Shown here piece by piece: positions 24,500 to 35,011 of a stretch of DNA of 64,000 bases (position 1 is its first letter; every line of letters starts with the position of its first letter). Origin of the DNA: Anolis carolinensis (lineage: Eukaryota); assembly GCF_035594765.1 (NCBI RefSeq), contig NW_026943838.1, positions 372,001-436,000 on the forward strand, read 5' to 3'. The position numbers and the translations under genes are program-made. The notes under the pieces were generated by a model. That model was given only the letters and a program-made list of their open reading frames with translations, was not told where the DNA came from and did no database searches.

Positions 24500-26625
24500 G
24501 TTTTTTAAAAAAATTTATATTCAAACACATGAAAGAAAAACAAATGCATATTTATACAAATTACAAATACATTTATTAATTTTTTTTAAAAAAAATCGTA
24601 CATCCTTTTACAGCAGCCACATTATATTCAGTACAATCTACAATACATTAACATTTGGCATCTACTGTTATTTTCACGCTTATACAGATTTCTTACCCTC
24701 CCCCAAGTCACTTTTTTTATTTATCATCTGTCCAAAATTCCTTTTCATTCCCTCTTGAGGAGGTAATTCCGTTTTTCTTATTGAATCCTCTTCCAATACA
24801 TTTTCTCCAGACATCATCACAACCACTTTGTTTCTAAATCCCTCTCCACGTCAACCTATCATTTCTTCCCAGTTTCCATACTTCCTTATACCATTCTTCT
24901 ATCTCTATATTTATTTCCCTTTTCCAATTCCTTGCTATAAGCAGTCTTGCAATTGTTAATGCGTTTGTTATCGCATCTTTGTCCTCTTTTTCCAACTGTT
25001 TATTATTATATAATGAGAATAAAGCCATGCTAAGACTTCTTTCTATTTGAATGTTCATTGTGTCTATCTCTCTTAATACTTTTCCCCAGAAATTATTTAT
25101 ATATTGACACTGCCACCACATATGTATGTATGTTCCCGATTCTTGGCATCCTCTCCAGCAATTGTTTGAGTAGTTTTTATTTATATTTCCTATTCTTATG
25201 GGTGTGAGGTACCATTTCCATATCAACTAAATAATAATTTTCTTTAACACATATGGATATATTTTTCAAGTGTCTTTGTGCCCATAATTATAACCCCTCT
25301 GTGTTATTCTTTACTTTTCCTTTGTTTTTTTCAATTAATATTTTAGAAATTTTACTGGATATTCCTTTCAAATTTTTATGTTCCTAATCTTTTCTTTCTT
25401 CATTCCAACCTTTGGTCAATCCCCTATTTTATCTAAGTTTTTCCCCTTAATTTTTTTATCCATCATATATATTTTTTATTTTTTGGAAATGTCTTTTCCA
25501 TTATAATTGGGGTTATTATTGAGCCATCTGTTATTAACTTTCTCCTGTATTTGTTCCATATTTCTAATGCATTACTCAACATTGGGTTCCCAGTTTACCT
25601 TATTTTTTTCTCATAAACTATTTTAAAACATATTACGAATTTCTTCCTCCACTTTTCCTGAATCCATTATTAACTATTCTACATCCTCCTTTTCATCATT
25701 CCTTGTATAACCAATCTCAGTCTGTTTGCTTTATAATATTTTTTGCTATGAGGAAGCGCTAATCCTTCTTCTTTTTGAGATCTGTTCTGTAACTTGTTTC
25801 GTCAATTTCTTTGACTGCCATTACAGTATTTATCATTTGTCCAAATGAGTCTCCTTTGGGGTGGAGAAAGGTGGGGTAGAAATGTTGCAAAGAAATAATG
25901 TATTCACCTCTTCTTCTGTAATCTGAAATGGCATTATAAATATAAGGTATATGTAAGTATAAAGTTTATCCTCAAAAGCATTTTCATTTTTAGTATTGCT
26001 GTCTTTCCAAACAAGATAGATGTGTATTAATTTTTTTGAACTATTTTTCTCAATGCTACTACATTTACCTCTTCTATTTCTTTTAAGTCCTTTGTTATAC
26101 TTACTCCCAGGTATATTAATTTGTTCTTGATTCTAATTCCCGTATGGCTCTGTTCTATAAAGTCTTTTTCTTCTTTCTTTGTATAATATAAACCCGTTGT
26201 TTTACCAAATATCTTTCAATGATCCTCTCTCCTATTCATTTGACCTACCCAGATATTTAATCAATAACAATGTGTCATCAGCAAATAAGCTCACCTTCTG
26301 CTTTTCCTTTATTCCTACACCTTCTACATTCTTACCTTTTTGGATGGCGTTTGCACATAATTCTATCACCATAGCAAATAAAATGGTTCTAATCATCCTT
26401 TTATTCTACTTCCCATTCCAAATTAATTCATAATCTCACTTATTATCTGCCATGCTACACAATCAAAGCATTAAATATATCTAATGCTAGTATCCCCACT
26501 TTTAACTTCCTCTCTTGAGACAGACATATTTTGTTTAATACTCTTCCTATCAAACGTGACATTTGCCTTCCTTTTACAAACCCAGATTGATATTTTCATA
26601 TATACTTGTACATGCATTTATTCAT
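24500..26625 (-). mobile_element. Degenerate L1-clade ORF2 3' half (paralog about 57505-59950)
   Basis: LFADDTL RT motif near 26280; WYLTP.R...CWRGCQESGTYIHMWWQC zinc-knuckle region. Confidence 0.8.
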
Positions 26626-27165
26626 TCTTCTCTCAGCCTACTCTTCTGCAGGCTAAAGATGCCCAGGTCTTTAAGCCGCTCCCCATGGGGCTTGTTCTCC
26701 AGACCCTTGATCATTTTAGTCGCCCTCCTCTGGACACCTTCCAGCTTTTCAACGTCTCCTTTCAATTGCAGTGCCCAGAATTAGACACAGTGTGATTCCA
26801 GGTAAAGTGGTCTGACCAAGGCAGAATAGAGGGGGAGCATGACTTCCCTGGATCTAGACACTCTGCCCCTATTTATGCAGGCCAAAATCCCATAAGGAGG
26901 AGGGAGCAAACTTGTTGTCTGCTGCTCTGCAAACTAGGATGCAGAATAATGGCTTCAAACTACAGGAAAGGGGATTCCACCTGAACATAAGGAAGAAGTT
27001 CCTCACTGTGAGAGCAGTTCAGCTGTGGAACCTTCTTTGGAGGCTTTTAAGCAGAGGCTGGATGGCCATCTGTCCGGGGTGCTTTGAATGCAATTTCCTG
27101 CTTCATGGCAGGGGGTTGGACTAGATGGCCCATGAGGTCTCTTCCAACTCTATGGTTATATGATT
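26626..27165. mobile_element. Two oppositely oriented CR1 3' fragments (minus to about 26892, plus after)
   Basis: CR1 RT C-terminal coding sequence on both strands. Confidence 0.8.
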
Positions 27166-27254
27166 TCTTCCCCTTCCACTTCCTGTTCATGTCTCTTTTG
27201 AGTCATAGTCGTTAGAAGTTCTTTGGACAACCATTCTGCTTCTTTGCACTTGTC

Positions 27255-29069
27255 CTATTTATGTGGCTTCTCTCCTGTGTGAATCTTTGGATGGGTACGA
27301 AGATTCGAACTGTTACTGAAGTTCTTTCCACATTCCATGCATGTATGTGGCTTCTCTCCTGTGTGCATCCTTTGATGGGTGCGTAGACTTCCACTCTGAC
27401 TGAAGCTCTTTCCACATTCCATGCATTTATGTGGCTTCTCCCCTGTGTGAGTCCTTTGATGGGTGTGTAGATTTCCACTCTGACTGAAGCTCTTTCCACA
27501 TTCCATGCATGTATGTGGCTTCTCCCCTGTGGGAGTCCTTTGATGGATACGCAGATGTCCACTCTCACTGAAGCTGTTTCCACATTCCATGCATTTATGT
27601 GGCTTCTCTCCTGTGTGAATCCTTTGATGGGTGCGTAGATCTCCACTCTGACTGAAGCTCTTTCCACATTCCATGCATGTATGTGGCTTCTCCCCTGTGT
27701 GAGTCCTTTGATGGGTGCGTAGATTTCCACTCTGACTGAAGCTCTTTCCACATTCCATGCATGTATGTGGCTTCTCCCCTGTGTGTATCCTTTGATGGAT
27801 ACGCAGATGTCCACTCTTACTGAAGCTCTTTCCACATTCCATGCATGTATGTGGCTTCTCCCCTGTGTGGATCCTTTGATGGGTGCGTAGATCTCCACTC
27901 TGACTGAAGCTCTTTCCACATTCCATGCATGTATGTGGCTTCTCTCCTGTGTGTATCCTTTGATGGATACGCAGATGTCCACTCTTACTGAAGCTCTTTC
28001 CACATTCCATGCATGTATGTGGCTTCTCCCCTGTGTGGATCCTTTGATGGGTGCGTAGATCTCCACTCTGACTGAAGCTCTTTCCACATTCCATGCATGT
28101 ATGTGGCTTCTCTCCTGTGTGTATCCTTTGATGGATACGCAGATGTCCACTCTTACTGAAGCTCTTTCCACATTCCATGCATGTATGTGGCTTCTCCCCT
28201 GTGTGAGTCCTTTGATGGGTGCGTAGATTTCCACTCTCACTGAAGCTCTTTCCACATTCCATGCATGTATGTGGCCTCTCTCCTGTGTGAATCCTTTGAT
28301 GGATACGCAGATGTCCACTCTCACTGAATCTCTTTCCACATTCCCTGCATGTATGTGGCTTCTCCCCTGTGTGGATCCTTTGATGGGTGCGTAGATTTCC
28401 ACTCTTACTGAATCTCTTTCCACATTCCATGCATTTATGTGGCTTCTCCCCTGTGTGGATCCTTTGATGGGTGCGTAGATCTCCACTCTGACTGAAGCTC
28501 TTTCCACATTCCATGCATGTATGTGGCCTCTCTCCTGTGTGCATCCTTTGATGGATACGCAGATGTCCACTCTTACTGAATCTCTTTCCACATTCCATGC
28601 ATTTATGTGGCTTCTCCCCTGTGTGGATCCTTTGATGGGTGCGTAGATCTCCACTCTGACTGAAGCTCTTTCCACATTCCATGCATGTATGTGGCTTCTC
28701 TCCTGTGTGTATCCTTTGATGGATACGCAGATCTCCACTCTGACAGAAGCTCTTTCCACATTCCATGCATTTATGTGGCTTCTCTCCTGTGTGCATCCTT
28801 TGATGGATACGCAGATGTCCACTCTGACTGAAGCTCTTTCCACATTCCATGCATGTATGTGGCTTCTCCCCTGTGTGAGTCCTTTGATGGGTGTGTAGAT
28901 TTCCACTCTGACTGAAGCTCTTTCCACATTCCACACATTTATATGGCTTCTCTCCTGTGTGAGTTAGTTGATGTTTAGCAAGAGAACTTCTCCTAATGAA
29001 ACATTTCCCACAGTCCTTACAATTATGTCGCTTCTCCCCTGTGTGTGATTTTGACAATGAAGTTTCCAT
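27255..29069 (-). CDS. C2H2 zinc-finger protein #2, 21 fingers (one with H>P), no effector domain found
   Basis: 604-aa ORF from aaaATGG; several in-frame stops just upstream; acceptor ...cattcatctcgcag-type site puts the exon start at 29350. Confidence 0.85.
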   Translation of the reverse strand: METSLSKSHTGEKRHNCKDCGKCFIRRSSLAKHQLTHTGEKPYKCVECGKSFSQSGNLHTHQRTHTGEKPHTCMECGKSFSQSGHLRIHQRMHTGEKPHKCMECGKSFCQSGDLRIHQRIHTGEKPHTCMECGKSFSQSGDLRTHQRIHTGEKPHKCMECGKRFSKSGHLRIHQRMHTGERPHTCMECGKSFSQSGDLRTHQRIHTGEKPHKCMECGKRFSKSGNLRTHQRIHTGEKPHTCRECGKRFSESGHLRIHQRIHTGERPHTCMECGKSFSESGNLRTHQRTHTGEKPHTCMECGKSFSKSGHLRIHQRIHTGEKPHTCMECGKSFSQSGDLRTHQRIHTGEKPHTCMECGKSFSKSGHLRIHQRIHTGEKPHTCMECGKSFSQSGDLRTHQRIHTGEKPHTCMECGKSFSKSGHLRIHQRIHTGEKPHTCMECGKSFSQSGNLRTHQRTHTGEKPHTCMECGKSFSQSGDLRTHQRIHTGEKPHKCMECGNSFSESGHLRIHQRTPTGEKPHTCMECGKSFSQSGNLHTHQRTHTGEKPHKCMECGKSFSQSGSLRTHQRMHTGEKPHTCMECGKNFSNSSNLRTHPKIHTGEKPHK

Positions 29070-30324
29070 TTTTTAACATTTATTATTCTAATATTATGCC
29101 TGAAGTTCACAGATATGGACTCCTGAATAGGACATTTCCTCTTCCCAGTCTCTGTATTGCTGTAGCCTTATTTTCTCTTTACCAACCCCTCTTTTTACAG
29201 CACAATCCTTCCTTTCCTTACATTCAAAGGTATGTAGCTTGAAATATAATTTCTCCAATTTATTTCTTGTTCTTGTTAATCCTGCGTACTTTCCTTTCAG
29301 ACGTAAGGCAAAGGGCAATGTTTTCTTCATAAGGTTCGTTTAGAGGTTACCTGCGAGATGAATAAGAGGAAAATCTTATCAGGAGCAGAGTACAGAAAGA
29401 TCTCATTGAACATGAAGAACAATAGCCTAGTGCTGTAGCAATCACAGGGGAAGAGGGGAGAAAGACTGGCCCAACTGGTAAGAGCCCGTTGCCTGCTGAG
29501 AAGCACTTTAACACTTGCCCAACAAAGAACAATCCCTGCAAAGGGGATAGCGGCCTAAGATCCTGTGTCTAATCCAACCTTGGTAAAGGAAGGCCTCTAA
29601 TAATATGGTCAACACGGAAAGGGGCTAACGATGCAAAGCATTTCCTACCTAGATCCCGCTTCTTCACATCTCCACTCAAAACCTGAGTGGCCATCTGTAT
29701 GGACAGACTATCCCAAGTGATCAGTCTTGGGAGAAAAATACTTCATTTTCTTGTGTAGATTTCTCCCAACTCGGGAAAAAGATATTTTCCTGATCCTCTC
29801 TTTCCCTGCAGCGTGATCCCTGCCCCACGTTTCTAAAGCAAGGCGCCTGGAGACACTGAGAGCACATTAGGCCACAAAGTTCCTTGACATACTGCATTCT
29901 TACAAAACCTATACCACAAAGGTATGTAACTTCAGCCAGAGCCAAGGCACTCAGCCTAGCAGCAGTACATGAGAGAAGGCGGTATAGAGGAGACAGATGG
30001 ATAGACCCCCAGGATGAGTGGGAATCCTGCTGCCCTCCAGATCCTTCTGCACTCCAACAGCACCCTTGGGTGGGAGACATGATTCCTGCCCAGTTCTGCT
30101 CAGTTCAGTCCATTTTAGAAAGGACATTGGCAAACTGCAGCAGATTCATAGAAAGGCAACAAGGACAGGAAGACATTACATTGTAAATGAAGGAAAAATA
30201 AAGGCAAAAGTTTGCTTTTGCACAGGAGACAATGTTGTGGCTCGAACTAAAATTATGTGCTAAAGATGATGCTTCTGACTGTCATCTGGGTAGTACCAGG
30301 TATAGCTTGTGCCACCAGATGACT

Positions 30325-31998
30325 GCAACTAGGCCGACCACCTGCTCCCTCGATCCGCGTCCCTCCTGGCTAGTAAAATCTTGCCTGGAGGGATTACGTG
30401 AACCTCTGTTGAATATAATAAATAGCTCCCTTGAGGAGTTTTTCCAGAGGGTTTAAAAGAGGCGATGGTATCTCCGCTGCTGAAGAAACCAGACTTAGAT
30501 CGTTCGGTTTCCTCTAGCTATCACCCAGTCTCGAATCTTCCGTTTCTGGGCAAGGTGGTTGAGAGGGCAGCAGCGGAACAGTTGCAGCAGTTCCTCAATC
30601 GCACAGCCGGACTTGATCCCTTCCAGTCCGGCTTCCGTAGGGGGCACGGGACGGAGACTGTGCTAGTTGCCATCACAGATCAGCTTCGCTGCCAAAGGGA
30701 TCAAGGCGGATCAGCGCTGCTCGTGTTATTGGATCTCACAGCAGCATTTGATACGGTCAATCTATTGACCCATCGCCTAGCCATGATGGGGGTTAGGGAG
30801 ATACCCCTTAAATGGGTGTCCTCCTTCCTCCAGAATCAGGGACAGCGGGTGGTGAGGGGAGGGATGGTTTCCGAGAGGTCTCCACTAACTTGTGGGGTCC
30901 CACAGGGAGCTATTCTCTCTCCTCTATTATTTAACATCTATTTGCGACCGCTTGCCCGACTGGTGCGGAGCTTTGGGCTTGAGTGCCACCAGTACGCTGA
31001 TGACACACAGCTCATTCTGAGGATGGAGGGCCGGTCGGACTCCGTACCCAATAGTTTCCATCAGTGCCTTGAGGCCGTTACTGGATGGTTGCGTGCCAGC
31101 AGGTTGAGGGTGAATCCAGCGAAGACGGAGATCCTTTGGCTGGGCCGTCCGGGTGGGGGGGAGATGCAGCTGCCTACCCTGGATGGCGAGACACTACATC
31201 CGTCATCTTCTGTGAAAAGTCTTGGTGTCTTATTGGACCCTCTGCTCACGATGGAGGCCCAGGTCTCTGCTGTGAGCAGATCTGCGTTTTTCCATCTACG
31301 TCAGGCTAGGCGACTGGCTCCCTACCTATCTAGGAACGACCTGGCTACGGTGATCCAGGCGACGGTCATCTTGAGGCTCGGCTACTGTAACGCCCTCTAC
31401 ATTGGCCTTCCTATGTCAGTGATCCGGAAACTGAAGCTGGTGCAAAATGCGGCAGCTCGTCTTCTCGCCAGGGTGCCGGTGAGGTGGCGTATCACCCCAA
31501 TTCTACAACAGCTGCACTGGCTACCGATTGAGTACCGGATTACTTTCAAGATACTGGTACTAACCTTTAAGGCCTTACATGGTTTAGGGCCGGCGTACCT
31601 GAGGGCCCGCTTATCCCCCTACCAACCCCAGAGATTACTTCGGTCCGAAGACCAAAATTTGCTTGAAATCCCTAACATACGGACTTATCATTTGTCTTCT
31701 ACTAGGAAGAATGCCTTCTTGATTGTAGCCCCTCATTTATGGAATGCCTTGCCAGTTGAAACTCGAACTATCCGAGACCTACTTGCCTTTCGGAAAGCCT
31801 GCAAAACCTTGCTCTTCCAACAAGCTTTCGATGGGTGAAAAACTCGGGGCTATGTCTGTTTTTATTGTTGTTTTTATTGTTGTTATTGTTTATTTAAAGC
31901 TAAGTGTATTGTTTTAATCTATTTCTGTAAACCGCTCCGAGCCAAACTGGGAGTAGCGGTATACAAGTCTAATAAAATAAATAAATAAATAAATAAAA
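30325..31998 (+). mobile_element. 5'-truncated L2-clade LINE
   Basis: 457-aa RT ORF 30465-31838 (QSGFR..HGTET, GVPQGAILSP, YADDTQL, LHWLP); tail tgtaaaccgctccgagcc...(TAAA)n. Confidence 0.92.
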
Positions 31999-32534
31999 TG
32001 GTCCCCAATTAACCAGAGAATTTGTTGATCACATTCACAAGGACTGCCAAAGGGGTTCCTAAGACCATCAGAAATATGTATTTCTGATGGTCTTTGACAA
32101 CACCTCTGACATCCCCTTCGTGACCTACCCAGGGGTCCCGACCCCCTGGTTGAGAAACATTGATTTACACTGTTACCCTATTGCATATGAAATCTGTTAT
32201 AATATAAATAATAATAATAAACTTTATTTTTATATCCCGCCCCATCTCCCCAAAGGGACCCGGGGTGGCTTACAACAGGGACAAGCCCGAAAACAACAAC
32301 ACAAGACATTTGACCAAAAACATTCCAACGATTCACAAAATAAATAATAAATACATTAAAATCCAAGCAATAAAATCATAGAATTAAAAACAACCAGCGG
32401 GGACAGGTTTCATAAAGTGCTGTGTCATGGAAATGAGTGATAAAGTGCCGTATGCCCTTAAAACAGAGAGAAGCATTCTAATGCCAGCTGTATTGGGCCT
32501 GTTCATTCAAACGTGCTCTGGAACATCCATGTTT

Positions 32535-33600
32535 TTAATTCCCGGCGGAAAATGGGCAGACACGCCCCTTGTTTCCTTTCCTCCCAACGCCCAATGAGAA
32601 TCCGCCTTCCTCTCTGGCGTCATCGGTCTCCGGGCAGGAACGCCCCCGCCCCGCCCCCCGCTCCACCCTTCTGCCGTTAACGGTCACTCCAGGAATCGGC
32701 CAATGGGAATGGGCCTCGTCTCTCCGCGTCACCCGTCTCCGGGCAGACTCGCCCTGGGCCGGACTCTCCTGGCCCGCTCCTCATCGCAGGCAGGCTGCCC
32801 GAGGAAGCGCCGGGTGAAGCGGGGAAGGGGGGGCCAGGCCAAGGAGCGGGAGGCGCCTCTGCGTGGAGATGGAGATGGAGATGGGGGGGGGGGGCAGGAA
32901 GGGAGGCAGGAAGGGAGGCCTTGAGGCGAAGGGCCAGGCAGGCCAAGGCCGGAGGGGGGCGCGGGGGGAGACTCGGGGACCCACTCAGCCCCCCCCCCCA
33001 AACACGCACACGCACACTCACCCCTCCTCCTCCTCCTCCTCCTCCTCCTCCGCTTCCTCCTTCCTCTCCCTCCCGCGCTCGCTCTGACAGGAAAAGGCGC
33101 CTCTCGTCCTGAGTCTCTCTAGGAAGACGCCTCCCTCCTCGGTGGACTTCCGCCCGGGCTCAACATGGCAGCCGCGGGCACGATGCCCAGAGAGGGGCGG
33201 GGCTTCTCGGCCGTCGAACGGAGCTCTAGACAGAGAGAGACGCTCCTCCTTTCTTTTCTTCCCAACGCCCAGGGTCCGCCAATGGGAATCCGCCTCCCTC
33301 CCTGACGTCATCCGTCTCCGGGCAGAATCTCCCCGGGGGGGCGGGGGGGGGGAGAGAGGCCTGGCCTTGGTTTTGGCTTCACGTCCCTCTCTTCAGCCCA
33401 GGCCCCGGGATGAGAGACATGGCCTCGGGGTTGGGGAGATCCACAGGGCCTCGGAGACAGAAGCGAACGCCCTCTTCTCCTCAGGACCTTCTGGCCTTCC
33501 CAGGAGATCCGGCCTCCTTCCCGCCTCCTCTTCCCGTTCTTTGCAGGCATTTCATCTCATCATCACGACTGCCAGATGGATCCCAAATAGCAGCTCCATT
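32535..33600. promoter_or_regulatory. CpG island 2, probable bidirectional promoter (ZNF#2 minus / copy B plus) with three X1-X2-Y-like modules
   Basis: CpG-rich; modules at 32591-32637, 32700-32746, 33279-33325 (last has a full TGACGTCA); minus-strand donor gg|gtgagt at 33021. Confidence 0.75.
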
Positions 33601-35011
33601 GGTTAGTCAATTAGGATTGTGGGGGTGAGAATTCACTATGTTACATTTTCATCTTTTCTTCTTTTATTTAAACACTACACAAATATGTGTTTCTATATAT
33701 GTGTCGCTCTAAAATATCTAATTAACGAGGCTTGCCACCTTCTATATTCTAATCAAAGAGTGTTGATAGGGCAATTATTCAAAGTCTCTTGAATAAAGAG
33801 TTTAGAGATAGTACAAAATGTAACTGTATACTATGAATACTATTTTAGTCAACAGATCCTGCCGTGGCCATCTTCCTTTGCTTCTTTATGAATTCAATGA
33901 AGGGTTTCCATTCTTCTTGAAGTTTCTGTGTATTTGTTTGTTGTGCAGCTGAAGTTAGTTTGTCCTTTTTGGCCATTTCGAAACCTTTTGTCATCCAGTT
34001 TTCTGGTGTTGGCATGTCTTCTTGTTTCCATAGTTTTGCGTATTCAGTTCTTGCTTCTGTTGTCATATAAAGAAAGAGTCTTTCTTGATGTTTCCCGGTA
34101 GAAAAGGTTCTGGTCTTAATAGGATTTTTTACTCTAGAATAGTTTCCATGTCTCTGTGGATTTTTATTCAGAATTTCGTTAGCTTTTGGGCAAGTCCCAA
34201 CATGTGTGTGTGTGTCTGTATTTGAGAGTTTTTCTGGAGTTTTGTACCATCTATGTATCATTTTGTTGAAATTTTATTTAATTGTGTGACTCCTTGTAAA
34301 TTTTAGTCATTTTTACTAGAGCTCTTCCCATTCTCATGGAGTTATTGCTTAGCCTAGAGTTTTCACCCACTGAATCATAGGTTCTTTTATTTCTTCATCA
34401 ATTGTAAAATCTTTCAGAAGAAATTGATGCAGCTTCCCAGTTGGCTTGTTTTTTGTCTGTAGCAGTTGGTTCCGCTGATTCTCCAATTCTTGTCTACCCA
34501 TTTTGTTGTCTAGACGGAGTCTCTCTTGGAGTCGATTATAATGGAACCATGTCATTGTTGAGTCTTCTTTTTGTTCATTTATTACAAATGAACAAAATTA
34601 CAATATTACAACATTTCTACCCCGCCCTTCTCACCCATCAAGGGGACTCAGGGCGGATTACAATATAAAACACATATATCAAACAATTACAATCACATTT
34701 CAAAATTCCATTTAAATTAAATTACATTCAAACCTTCATAAATATACATATAAATAAACATTCAAGGTGCATTTCAAGTACAAACCGGGTCTGTCATTAT
34801 ACCTTGGATCATACAGTTGTCATTTCTGCTGCTAGTATTGCTCAAAAGCCTGGTCCCATAACCTTTCTGCCTTTCTTTCACAGAGGAAATGTGATTTTTG
34901 GCTGAGAATTTTGGTGTAGAGCCTGTGGAGGGATTTCTTTCCCTTGAAAGAAAGAAGAGGGAGGAAAAGCATCTTGGGTACGGTTGGGTTCTTCACCAGA
35001 GTGGTTCCAAC

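Larger units (their letters stand above)
10400..30010 (+). repeat. Segmental duplication copy A (paralogous to about 33335-64000)
   Basis: Colinear high similarity of exons, introns and nested repeats; the window end gatagacccc matches about 30000-30009. Confidence 0.95.

Noticed and set aside
27212-28936. Long alternative-frame ORFs over finger arrays (also 20534-21550 and 61099-63120)
   Set aside because: Shadow frames of a stop-free 84-bp repeat; only the last four fingers of #3 are meaningful
27255-29069. PRDM9 identity
   Set aside because: No PR/SET or SSXRD exons visible; only the mode of array evolution is similar
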